30,142 bases of DNA from Pseudomonadota bacterium. GTDB lineage: Bacteria > Desulfobacterota > Desulfobacteria > Desulfobacterales > RPRI01. This document shows, one piece after another, positions 18,370 through 27,483 of this stretch. The stretch's first letter is position 1. The number at the start of each line of letters is the position of its first letter. The notes beneath the pieces were generated by a model, which was not told the origin of the DNA, made no database searches, and worked only from the letters and a program-made list of their open reading frames with translations. Position numbers and translations under genes: made by a program. The stretch lies in the NCBI GenBank assembly GCA_043825875.1, contig JBDRRF010000021.1, forward strand, positions 1-30,142, written 5' to 3'.

Positions 18370-20067
18370 TTATAAGTCTGATAGATTAAAATGATTCGAC
18401 CATTCTTTCCAGAAAATATATTTTCCATTCATTTCATAATATTTTTCTTTATACTTTTCATACTTATCACTATAGTTTAATTTTTTGGCGCAAATTGCAC
18501 CAAAGTAATATGCAAATGCATGTGTATCAATTACCTTTTCAAGCAGGCGTTCATAAAGAGATAATGGGATTTCATATTCGTTATGCCGCATGTCGTAATT
18601 ATTAACAAAATTTAAATGCAGGTTAATTTCATAAGCTTTTTTTTGTATCCATTCTGGAGTGAATTCAGAAGTTTGTATAACAGATTTATGAAAATCAGTT
18701 GTATATATACTCTCATTCTTCGGTAAATATCCCTTCTCTTCACATATTCTATAAAGCTCACTTCCTTGTAATGGAATTGCAGTTAAAATTGCATACCAAT
18801 TTGCACCCATGTCAAGCATTGTATTCACCCCTCGGTCAATATCTTCAGGGGTTTCTCCAGGAAAACCGATAATGTTATTATTTATTACTATTAACCCCTC
18901 TTCTCTGAATATTTTGATTACATCTTTGGCCTTTGCAAAATTTGCAGGTTTTCTTACTGTTTTTCTTAAAAAGTCTTCGTTCATTCCATCTATTGTTATT
19001 AGTGCTCTATCGGAACCTGTTTTTTTGAGTGCTTTTACAATGTCTCTGTCAACATGGATATATGCAAGATTGAATATACGACTTGAAAAACCATTTTCGT
19101 GAATGAAATCCAAAATTTCAATTGCATTTTGTTTATTTGCGAGGAAATGATCATCTATAAAAGGAAAACTTGTAATGCCATATTTGTAATTGTAATGAAG
19201 TATATCCTTTTTTAGCCTTTCAATAGAATACTTGCGGACTTTGTGACCATGAACAAACTGTGAAGCACAGAATATACAATGATAAGGGCATCCCCGAGTA
19301 GCAAACATTGCAATATCTTTTTCATCAGCAGACTTATTATCCGTTCCCAGCGTAAAAACATCGTCATTACTATTGAAATAGTCGTCTGGATGAAGGAGCA
19401 TCTCTAGTTCATATGGCGGAATTTCGTCGAGATCTTTGATTAATGTATTTGTTGGCTTAAAGTTTTCGTCTAAAAGTTTTTTCTTGGTGATCCAGGAAGA
19501 ATCATTTTCTAAATAATTGACGGCTTCGCCTCTTTTTATAGCTTCAACCAATTTTGTAAATGGAATTTCACACTCACCATAGCCGACTGCCATTAAATCA
19601 GGATAATTTTTCAAGAAATCGGAGTAACAAGCAGACGAAAGATGCCCACCCGAAACAATTAAGCTTTTCGGAAATTTTCTGGAAAAGAACTCAATTAACG
19701 CACCCATATCAAAATAGTTACTACTAAAAAGAGCGCTTATTCCTATGATATCAGGAATATATTCAAAATCCATATTTTTTGTTTTTAGGATGTCCAACCC
19801 AAAGTCAAAAAAACTCTCCCGCGTTAACTCATCCTTATTATTACTTAAATAGCGTAATGCAACGGTATTATAATCCAGTATTTTTATTTTTACGTCAGAA
19901 ATATTATTTTTTAAATATGCGCCAATACACAAATTACCGACTGGATACTTAGGGTCGATCTTTCTTTTTATATAGTTTTTGTCCAAATTGAGCGGATTTT
20001 GATTCATCCAGGCCATAGTTTCATTAAATGGCACATTTAGAGGGGTTACCAACAATATATTAGTCAT
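18370..20067 (-). CDS. cobalamin-binding (class B type) radical SAM protein
   Basis: N-terminal B12-binding domain (YPVGNLCIGAYL, PDIIGISALF, IVSGGH, GECE); TRGCPYHCIFC; FIDDHF; IIGFPGET. ATG at 20067 preferred over GTG at 20076. Confidence 0.9.
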   Translation of the reverse strand: MTNILLVTPLNVPFNETMAWMNQNPLNLDKNYIKRKIDPKYPVGNLCIGAYLKNNISDVKIKILDYNTVALRYLSNNKDELTRESFFDFGLDILKTKNMDFEYIPDIIGISALFSSNYFDMGALIEFFSRKFPKSLIVSGGHLSSACYSDFLKNYPDLMAVGYGECEIPFTKLVEAIKRGEAVNYLENDSSWITKKKLLDENFKPTNTLIKDLDEIPPYELEMLLHPDDYFNSNDDVFTLGTDNKSADEKDIAMFATRGCPYHCIFCASQFVHGHKVRKYSIERLKKDILHYNYKYGITSFPFIDDHFLANKQNAIEILDFIHENGFSSRIFNLAYIHVDRDIVKALKKTGSDRALITIDGMNEDFLRKTVRKPANFAKAKDVIKIFREEGLIVINNNIIGFPGETPEDIDRGVNTMLDMGANWYAILTAIPLQGSELYRICEEKGYLPKNESIYTTDFHKSVIQTSEFTPEWIQKKAYEINLHLNFVNNYDMRHNEYEIPLSLYERLLEKVIDTHAFAYYFGAICAKKLNYSDKYEKYKEKYYEMNGKYIFWKEWSNHFNLSDL

Positions 20068-20136
20068 ATTGAGCACCTACTTATTAAAGTATTTGTGCTA
20101 ATCTTGTCAAAGCATCATCAAGATAAAGCGTATTTG

Positions 20137-21513
20137 TTAAACTGGCATTTCTAAACGTTTACACCATAAACTCAGATTAGGATCTTCTGGAAAGTACTTT
20201 CTGTAATGGAACACTGAGCCTTTTGATCTCTCCAATAAACCTGGAAGAGCCAATTCATCTAACATGTCAGAATGAGTATCAGCCAAAAAAACACCCGGAT
20301 TCCTCTGACTAGACAAAAACCATTCTGCCGGAGTTTCACCAAATATGGAGTTGAACGAAATATTAACCTTATCTTCCTCGCTAACCGATTCATAGTGACA
20401 ATTAAATCTCTCCGTTATCCTTTCAATTGCAAAACGCTTGCGAATAGAAACTGCCGCCTGCATCGCAATCTTCTTCCGCTCTTCAGGGTTGTTAGCCAGC
20501 CACATTACAGCATCAGCAAACTCATCCCTATTCCTAATAATTAAGCCTGTCTTACGATCAGTAACCAGATAGCGCTCAGCCGGGTTATCCAATACAATAG
20601 GCACTACTCCCATTGCCATGGCCTCCAATAACGCATTTTCTGTAGTACCATAATGAAGTGGATTAAGGAGATATGGGAAGATATTAATTGCGGCCAACTC
20701 AGAAGCAACATCAGTATTGTAACCCCTGAATTCAAGCATCCCCGACCGATTGACCGCACGGCATTGATTCTCCAGAATATCTCGGTTAGCAATGTCTCCG
20801 ATCATTCTTACTGTAAAGTTAGGAATTTTGACTGCAGATAAAAACTCAACATAATGTGGATTAAGCTTGGCAAAATTTAGGCTCCCCAGGTAACCAGCGA
20901 CAATTTGAGAATTGTCGTTTCGGTTAGGAAGTTCAAACCCTCTGAATCCCCCGGCACTGTGGATTACATCCATTCGATTTTGATGGGATGAACGCAAATT
21001 TTCAACTTCCAAAGCCTCGTATGAACAGGGTGAAGTGAAGAGACAACGGGTTGCAACTCTTATAAGATCAGAAGGAATAATTGGAGTGTGGATACCGGAG
21101 ATATGGCACCATACTAGCAGACGCATAGCTGGCAGAGGTGCATCACATAAAGCTGAAACCGTTGCAGGATGCCCCCACCATTCGAGTTGGACAATATCTG
21201 ATGCCTCAATCAATTCAAAAAGGGTTGCTCGATCCGGGGCTACGGTCACGGGGCACCCTGAATCGGCCAGTTCCTCTATGAATTGCATTTTTTCAGGGAG
21301 TTCAAGGCAAACGATTGCATGAGAGATACCAGCCTCTGGATGTGTGTTCAGCACAAGTCCGCTAAGAGCCTTGCCAATACCACCACCTAAGTGAGCTGTC
21401 AGATGAAGCACCGAAATGCTATAATTCTTATGGGCCCTATAAAAACAAATCGGTTCTTTAATGTTTTTTTGTGGTTTGACTTGAGCTTTCATAATGATAT
21501 CGTTCCTATGCAA
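20137..21513 (-). CDS. GT4-family (GT-B) glycosyltransferase
   Basis: HLTAHLGGGIGKAL; GYLGSLNFAK; YGTTENALLEAMAMGVVPIV. Start uncertain. Confidence 0.85.
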   Translation of the reverse strand: MHRNDIIMKAQVKPQKNIKEPICFYRAHKNYSISVLHLTAHLGGGIGKALSGLVLNTHPEAGISHAIVCLELPEKMQFIEELADSGCPVTVAPDRATLFELIEASDIVQLEWWGHPATVSALCDAPLPAMRLLVWCHISGIHTPIIPSDLIRVATRCLFTSPCSYEALEVENLRSSHQNRMDVIHSAGGFRGFELPNRNDNSQIVAGYLGSLNFAKLNPHYVEFLSAVKIPNFTVRMIGDIANRDILENQCRAVNRSGMLEFRGYNTDVASELAAINIFPYLLNPLHYGTTENALLEAMAMGVVPIVLDNPAERYLVTDRKTGLIIRNRDEFADAVMWLANNPEERKKIAMQAAVSIRKRFAIERITERFNCHYESVSEEDKVNISFNSIFGETPAEWFLSSQRNPGVFLADTHSDMLDELALPGLLERSKGSVFHYRKYFPEDPNLSLWCKRLEMPV

Positions 21514-21531
21514 GATTAATTCTTCAGCAGG

Positions 21532-22380
21532 CTACTTATTAGAAAGCACACTGTGCAACTTCGATGTATCCCCCCAAAAGGCCATGGGTTCATAATCAGG
21601 ATATGAATAATATCCAAAATTCAGGTGAATATTTTTTCGTTTTTCTTTCAAATAGTTTTCTGCCAGTTTTCTAATAGAAATGGGTTTGCCGTTGCAACAA
21701 TTAATAATTCCATGCACTTTATTTTGAATTGCGATTTGAACTATATATTCCGCAATCTTTTCAACTGGCAGATAATCACGCAATTGCTCACCTTCTGACA
21801 TATTGAAACTGGTATCTTCATTCTTCAATGCTTTATCAAGTTGAGTTAGGATGGAATTTGAACTTTGCCCTTTTCCATACATATAAAACAAGCGCACCCA
21901 TTTAAATTTAAAATCAATCTTTTTCTGCAATTGTTCCAAAAACTTTCTCAAAGTATCCTTTGCAAGGCCATAAGGATTGTCCGGTTTTGTCTCCATATCT
22001 TCACTTAAAGCCCCGCTTTGCATTCCATATTCAAAACATGTACCTGCTACTGCTAAAGATTTTAGCCCGTGTTCAACCATGTTTTTGAGAAAACGGTAAT
22101 TTGATAAAAGATTTTTTTCCAGATGAAACAGATCTTTGTAATTTGGCAACCCTTCCCAGGCCAAGTGAATTAGTAAATCCGGCTGTTGAAAAAACTGAAA
22201 GTAGTTTTCCTGCGTCGCATTCAGATCACATGGAATATATTCTACTTCTGAAAACCACTCGGAAGAACGAGCTTTATTCTGATCTCTGGAAGTCGCAACA
22301 ACATGATGCTGATAGCGCAATAGCTTATTGACAACATTTCTGCCAACAAAGCCTGTTGCTCCTGTGACAAGTACTTTCAT
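21532..22380 (-). CDS. NAD(P)-dependent extended SDR, probable NDP-4-keto-6-deoxyhexose 4-reductase
   Basis: VLVTGATGFVG, IHLAW, GTCFEYG, YGLAK (YxxxK), RLFYMYG, GEQLRDYL. Confidence 0.85.
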   Translation of the reverse strand: MKVLVTGATGFVGRNVVNKLLRYQHHVVATSRDQNKARSSEWFSEVEYIPCDLNATQENYFQFFQQPDLLIHLAWEGLPNYKDLFHLEKNLLSNYRFLKNMVEHGLKSLAVAGTCFEYGMQSGALSEDMETKPDNPYGLAKDTLRKFLEQLQKKIDFKFKWVRLFYMYGKGQSSNSILTQLDKALKNEDTSFNMSEGEQLRDYLPVEKIAEYIVQIAIQNKVHGIINCCNGKPISIRKLAENYLKEKRKNIHLNFGYYSYPDYEPMAFWGDTSKLHSVLSNK

Positions 22381-22937
22381 ACCTTCAAATCCGTAATACC
22401 TGAAAAATCTTGGCGCAACAAAGAATGCTTCTTATCCTTCTCCGAAATATCTGTTATTTTCAGAGGCCATTGAATATTTATCAAGGGATCACTATAGCGC
22501 ACGCCTTCTTCATGTTCTGGGCTGTAAAACTCAGTAACAAAATATATTATTTCTGAATTTTCTTCCAGTGCCTGAAATCCATGAGCAAACCCTTTTGGGA
22601 CATACATCATCTTCATGTTTTCAGAAGACAAGATTTCTCCGTGCCATTTTAAAAAAGTTGGAGAATTTTTACGTAAATCAACCATAACATCATAAACTTC
22701 CCCTGTAATGCAACGCACCATCTTGATTTCAGCCATAGGTGGATACTGAAAATGCATCCCCCGAATAGCACCTTTGTGACACGTTAGCGACTGATTGATC
22801 TGTACAATATTTTTGCCATCAAGAATATCGCAAAGTTCGTTTTGACAAAAGACGCGTGAAAACTTGCCTCGTGTATCTACAAAAGGCTTGGGCTCAATTA
22901 TAAAGGCATCTTGAAGTGGAGTTCGTTTGATATTCAT
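22377..22937 (-). CDS. rfbC: RmlC-family NDP-4-keto-6-deoxyglucose 3(,5)-epimerase
   Basis: DTRGKF, GAIRGMHFQ, KMVRC..GEVYDVMVDLR..SPTF, YVPKGFAHGFQ. ATG at 22937 overlaps the rfbG stop (ATGA). Confidence 0.88.
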   Translation of the reverse strand: MNIKRTPLQDAFIIEPKPFVDTRGKFSRVFCQNELCDILDGKNIVQINQSLTCHKGAIRGMHFQYPPMAEIKMVRCITGEVYDVMVDLRKNSPTFLKWHGEILSSENMKMMYVPKGFAHGFQALEENSEIIYFVTEFYSPEHEEGVRYSDPLINIQWPLKITDISEKDKKHSLLRQDFSGITDLKV

Positions 22938-24025
22938 TGAATGGACCATGATATCTGTTTACGTTTCGCGTCAGTTATATATTCTGTCAGTTGCTCCTCG
23001 CTAAGGGCATGCCCTGATTCATAATACATCTTATACCATTGCGCGGTTTTCGCGAAGGTTTCCGTACTATTCCATATTGATTTCCATTTCAGCTTTGCAT
23101 ACGCCTTTGAGCAATCAAGTTTTAGCAAATTGGCCTCATGTGGATTTTTTTTATCAGTTTCGACCTGACAATCAATGTTTGGCCAGTGCTTCTGTAATTC
23201 CCCTATGACTGCAATCACATTTTTATGACCTTCATCCATTGGACCAAAATTCCATGCTCCGGAAAATTCCTTTTTGCCTTCAAGCAATTGTTGTCCTAAA
23301 AGCAAATATCCTGATAAAGGTTCAAGAACATGCTGCCAGGGACGTGTTGCCTGTGGATTACGAATAACGACCTTTTCGTTTTGACTGGCAGCACGCATAA
23401 TATCAGGAACAAGCCGATTTTCTCCCCAGTCTCCACCACCAATGACATTTCCAGCTCTGACGCTTACCACGAGAATCTGATGGCTTTTCTGATACTCTTC
23501 GAGTGGAAAAAAAGATTTCCGATAACTGGCGGTGACCAATTCTGCACATCCTTTTGATGCGCTGTAAGGATCATGGCCGCCTAAACGGTCATTTTCCCTG
23601 TAACCCCATATCCATTCCTGGTTTTCATAGCACTTGTCACTGGTAATATTTATGATAGCTTTGACGGAACCTGTTTTCCGACAAGCCTCAAAGAGATTAA
23701 CTGTTCCAATGATATTGGTTTCAAATGTCTCTACCGGACTTTGGTAGGATTTTCGGACAAGGGATTGGGCCGCCATATGGAAGATTATATCCGGCTGAAA
23801 AGATTTGATGGCACTTTGTAGTTTTTTCAGATCACGAATATCGCCAGAGATTGTTTCAAAATCCAGATTCAGGATTTTATGATGATTAGGGTTCGTTGGT
23901 ATATTCAAAGAATAACCACGAACACTGGCTTCCAGCTTCATTAGCCAGAAAGCAAGCCATGAACCCTTGAATCCTGTGTGACCAGTGATGAGGACTCTTT
24001 TGCCTTTATATACGTTATCAAACAT
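22934..24025 (-). CDS. rfbG: CDP-glucose 4,6-dehydratase
   Basis: VLITGHTGFKGSWL, HMAAQSLVRKSY, ITSDKCYEN, DPYSASK, RAGNVIGGGDW, RPWQHVLEPL. Confidence 0.95.
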   Translation of the reverse strand: MFDNVYKGKRVLITGHTGFKGSWLAFWLMKLEASVRGYSLNIPTNPNHHKILNLDFETISGDIRDLKKLQSAIKSFQPDIIFHMAAQSLVRKSYQSPVETFETNIIGTVNLFEACRKTGSVKAIINITSDKCYENQEWIWGYRENDRLGGHDPYSASKGCAELVTASYRKSFFPLEEYQKSHQILVVSVRAGNVIGGGDWGENRLVPDIMRAASQNEKVVIRNPQATRPWQHVLEPLSGYLLLGQQLLEGKKEFSGAWNFGPMDEGHKNVIAVIGELQKHWPNIDCQVETDKKNPHEANLLKLDCSKAYAKLKWKSIWNSTETFAKTAQWYKMYYESGHALSEEQLTEYITDAKRKQISWSIQ

Positions 24026-24056
24026 AATTTATTAACTCATAGTTCGTAGTTACCCA

Positions 24057-24833
24057 CTACCATACCTTCCAGGTTGCTTTGTCTTCCGCCCACAATTTAT
24101 TTAGGTATTCAGTATCCCTCAATGTATCCATACATGCCCAAAAACCCTTGTGTTTGTACATCATCAGTTCACCCTGGTTGGCAATCTTTTCCAAAGCCCC
24201 TACCTCGAAATCGCAGGAATCGTTCTCGGAAAGATAGTCGAATACTGCCCTGTTTAACACAAAAAAACCTCCGCTAATGTAGTCGCCATTACTTTCGGGC
24301 TTTTCTCTAAATGTTTCAATCCTATTCCCATCTATTTTAAGCTCGCCAAAACGTGAAGCAGGATTGATCCCGGTAAGGGTAGCCAACTTTCCGTGGCTTT
24401 TATGAAAAGAGACAAGCGCATTAATATCTATATCTGCAACCCCGTCACCATAAGTTACCATAAATATATCTTCGGTAATATATTTCTGAATCTTTTTTAA
24501 CCGAGCCCCTTTCAGTGCCTCTTCTCCTGTATTGGCCAAAGTAATCTTCCACCCGTTCTCTTTATGCTTCTGGTGAATATATATTTTTTCCGGTTTTCCT
24601 AATTCAAGGGTAACATCATTGTTCATAATCTCATAATTATAGAAAAAATTTTTGATCATTCCTCCCTTGTAACCAAGGGCGAGAATAAAATCATTATACC
24701 CAAATTGAGCATAAATTTTCATAATATGCCAAAGTATCGGCCGATCACCAATGTTGACCATCGGTTTAGGACGAAATTCAGTTTCTTCTCGCAGGCGGGT
24801 ACCAAGACCTCCGCATAAAATTATAACTTTCAT
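24057..24833 (-). CDS. rfbF: glucose-1-phosphate cytidylyltransferase
   Basis: MKVIILCGGLGTRLREETEFRPKPMV, TYGDGVAD, HKGFWACMDTLRD. ATG at 24833 with GGAG upstream. Confidence 0.95.
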   Translation of the reverse strand: MKVIILCGGLGTRLREETEFRPKPMVNIGDRPILWHIMKIYAQFGYNDFILALGYKGGMIKNFFYNYEIMNNDVTLELGKPEKIYIHQKHKENGWKITLANTGEEALKGARLKKIQKYITEDIFMVTYGDGVADIDINALVSFHKSHGKLATLTGINPASRFGELKIDGNRIETFREKPESNGDYISGGFFVLNRAVFDYLSENDSCDFEVGALEKIANQGELMMYKHKGFWACMDTLRDTEYLNKLWAEDKATWKVW

Positions 24834-24878
24834 TAAGAATTTCTCCAAGGATATGAGAGTATTATAGGATTTTACTAT

Positions 24879-26462
24879 TTATGATGATAGGACTTTAAAA
24901 CTAAAAACTTTTCCAAGACATATTTCATAGACATCCTTTAAATCAGTTCTTTCAGGAAATATGAAAAGCGCTTCTCTCAAATGCATCAACAAATTGTTTA
25001 TATGGAAATAATCATTTGTTCCCAAATTACCTGAATTCCAATTAGCTGCTTGCTTTTTGTCCCATGTGTAATAAAAATAGCCTTTATTAATTAGCTCAAT
25101 CGCCCTGCTTATTTCGTATTTCATCTTATCCCCAAATCTTGTTTTGAAACATTTCAATACATCATTCATCAAAAAATTCTTTTCCGGCTCCTGAATTTCT
25201 AAATAATTTACGAGTTCAAGATTGGCATATGTAAATCTGCAATGCGGCAAGGTAATGCCATCCTTAAATACATCGCCATCACCTTCTGACATGAGTTGCA
25301 CATAACGTTCATCCGGTGTCTTATAATTATAATTTCTTGTTAGCCTCCTCACGAAAAGGATATCATCTATTTGCACAATTTTACCTAACAATATTGCTAT
25401 TTCAGCTAAAATCAGGTTGTCACCAAATAATGTTTTACCCCATGAACGAACTTTCTTGAGCATACTTGTCCTATACAAACCGTAGAACATGTTACACATA
25501 CCTATCTCCCATATAAGATGCCTGAATCTTTCTATGGGGTTGTCTTGATCTGTATTTAAATGATCTTTTGCAATACCCATAAATTTTGAATTTGCATCAA
25601 AAACCTTTGTTTGTGGATAGACCAAAGCTATTGAAGTGTCAGATTCTATCTTTTCCAAACATTTAGAAATAAATGTCCGTTCACGTATGTCATCATGGGA
25701 TATCCACATAAAGTAGGGAGTGTTTGAGAGTCCTAATACATTTTTAAAATTTATCTCCCCTCCCAAATTTTCTTCAAAACGATAATATTTTATTCTTTTA
25801 TCCATCTTTTGATATTTTAAACATACTTCTTCTGTATTATCTGTCGAACAATTGTCGGAAATTATCAATTGTATATTTTCGAAATCTTGAGACAGAATAG
25901 ATTCAATTGCCTGACTTATTAAATTGCCACCATTATAAACTGGTAGCCCAACACTGACAGTAGGCTGTGTGTTATGAGATATTATCCTGGGTGCTATTGA
26001 TTTTTTCATTGAATGCTCAAGTGCATTTAAGTATTCTTTTACGGTCTTCTGTTCAGGATTAAGCTCAAGAGATTTTTTTAGAACTGTTTTGGCCTTTTCA
26101 GTATTGTCCATTTCCAAATAAATCATGCCGAGTTGGTTGAAGAGATTGTGGTCGTTATTATCTATTGCTATGGATTTCTCTAATTGGATGGCAGCTTCTT
26201 TCCATCGTTTGGCATTTTGGTATAAATCTGCAAGGTTTAATAAAGCATCCGGATAATTTTCTTTGAACTCAAGTGCTTTAAAAAAGTAAATTTCAGCTTC
26301 CTTAACATTGCCTCTGGTGTGGTAGATGGCACCAAGATTATTAAGCGCTTCATAATGCTCAGGTTTCAAACCAAGGACTTCCTGAAAGACGGTCTCGGCC
26401 TCATCAAGCAGGCCATCCATAAATAAGGCTTCCCCTTTTTGAAGATTTGCTTCTATATCCAT
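24879..26462 (-). CDS. TPR-containing GT2 glycosyltransferase
   Basis: N-terminal TPRs (EALNNLGAIY, DALLNLADLY, NQLGMIY); GT2 VSVGLPVYNG...ISDNCSTD...WISHDD. Confidence 0.9.
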   Translation of the reverse strand: MDIEANLQKGEALFMDGLLDEAETVFQEVLGLKPEHYEALNNLGAIYHTRGNVKEAEIYFFKALEFKENYPDALLNLADLYQNAKRWKEAAIQLEKSIAIDNNDHNLFNQLGMIYLEMDNTEKAKTVLKKSLELNPEQKTVKEYLNALEHSMKKSIAPRIISHNTQPTVSVGLPVYNGGNLISQAIESILSQDFENIQLIISDNCSTDNTEEVCLKYQKMDKRIKYYRFEENLGGEINFKNVLGLSNTPYFMWISHDDIRERTFISKCLEKIESDTSIALVYPQTKVFDANSKFMGIAKDHLNTDQDNPIERFRHLIWEIGMCNMFYGLYRTSMLKKVRSWGKTLFGDNLILAEIAILLGKIVQIDDILFVRRLTRNYNYKTPDERYVQLMSEGDGDVFKDGITLPHCRFTYANLELVNYLEIQEPEKNFLMNDVLKCFKTRFGDKMKYEISRAIELINKGYFYYTWDKKQAANWNSGNLGTNDYFHINNLLMHLREALFIFPERTDLKDVYEICLGKVFSFKVLSS

Positions 26463-26513
26463 AATGCCTTTTAGTCTTCTTTAAAATTTGATTAGTTACA
26501 CATTAAAGTTTAC

Positions 26514-26614
26514 TCTCGACAGGCTGTTACAGAATTCTGATTTCCCCCATTTTAAGGTTGTAACTTATTGATTTTCAAACTTAAAAAATGTAGTTCCGTA
26601 ACAGCATATCGAGA
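26514..26614. mobile_element. ~100-bp MITE-like element or IS scar
   Basis: 23-bp imperfect terminal inverted repeats, 19/23 (26514-26536 versus 26592-26614). Possible ACT duplication if the ends are taken as 26515/26613. Internal IHF-consensus site at 26561-26573. Confidence 0.55.
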
Positions 26615-26636
26615 CTCAATTACTAATAATGCTGAC

Positions 26637-26652
26637 TGCAATGGGTGTGCCA
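26637..26652 (-). promoter_or_regulatory. sigma54 promoter of the glycosylation operon
   Basis: Minus strand TGGCAC-ACCCA-TTGCA, a perfect consensus match. Confidence 0.85.
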
Positions 26653-26861
26653 TAGCAGAGTTCCTGGTTTCAATGTACGTTTTGCGATTGTGCATACTGA
26701 TGGACACGACCAATGCAAATGCTCTTAACTATTTGAAATAACTGAGCTGCTTGCCTCTATTTTGCTAGTATAATAGAATACGGGGCTTGATATTTTGGCT
26801 GGTTCAAGCTTCTCTCGTAAAAATAGCGTGCCTGAATTGCTGGTGGGGAAACAAAAAAGAA

Positions 26862-26875
26862 GTCAAATCATTGAC
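26862..26875. promoter_or_regulatory. putative enhancer (FleQ/FlrA-like box)
   Basis: Palindrome GTCAAATCATTGAC about 210 bp upstream of the sigma54 promoter. Confidence 0.55.
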
Positions 26876-26895
26876 ACCGTTTTTTAAAAACAGAT

Positions 26896-27483
26896 TTATG
26901 GTTTAAGTTTTATACTCAACCCAAAACCCTTATCACTCATTATATATTGATTTCCACAGACCGCGCAATCCAGATTCTTGGTGAGCCGTTCGCCGCATAC
27001 ACATACCCAGCCAATTTGCTTTGCCGGATTTCCAACCATCAGGGCATGATCAGGAATATCTTTAGTAATTACCGCTCCTGCTCCTATGAAGGCGTAAAGG
27101 CCGATATTGTGACCGCAGACGATTGTACAGTTTGCACCCAGTGTGGCACCTTTCATTACAAGGGTAGGGCGCACCTGATTCATTTTGGAAATTTCAGCCC
27201 GGGGATTATTGATGTTGGTAAAAACCATGGAAGGTCCGCAAAAAACGCCGTCTTGCAGAGTTATACCTTTATATATTGAGACGTTGTTCTGAATCTTACA
27301 ATTGTTTCCGATAATTACTTCGCAGGCAATAAATACGTTCTGACCGATATTACAATTCTCACCAATTAGCACACCGGAGCAAACATGCGTCCAGTGCCAG
27401 ATACGTGTTCCTGCACCTATTATTGCGCCATCGTCCACACAGGCCGATTCGTGTATGAATATTTCAGACATATCCAACCTCAT
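26896..27483 (-). CDS. wbpD: WbpD/WlbB-type hexapeptide-repeat N-acetyltransferase
   Basis: [23 protein letters not shown]...[10 protein letters not shown]...[15 protein letters not shown]...[14 protein letters not shown]. Start may be the ATG at 27471. Confidence 0.85.
   Translation of the reverse strand: MRLDMSEIFIHESACVDDGAIIGAGTRIWHWTHVCSGVLIGENCNIGQNVFIACEVIIGNNCKIQNNVSIYKGITLQDGVFCGPSMVFTNINNPRAEISKMNQVRPTLVMKGATLGANCTIVCGHNIGLYAFIGAGAVITKDIPDHALMVGNPAKQIGWVCVCGERLTKNLDCAVCGNQYIMSDKGFGLSIKLKP

Noticed and set aside
17303..20067. RiPP cluster
   Set aside because: No credible precursor peptide, RRE, protease or exporter; the context is sugar biosynthesis.
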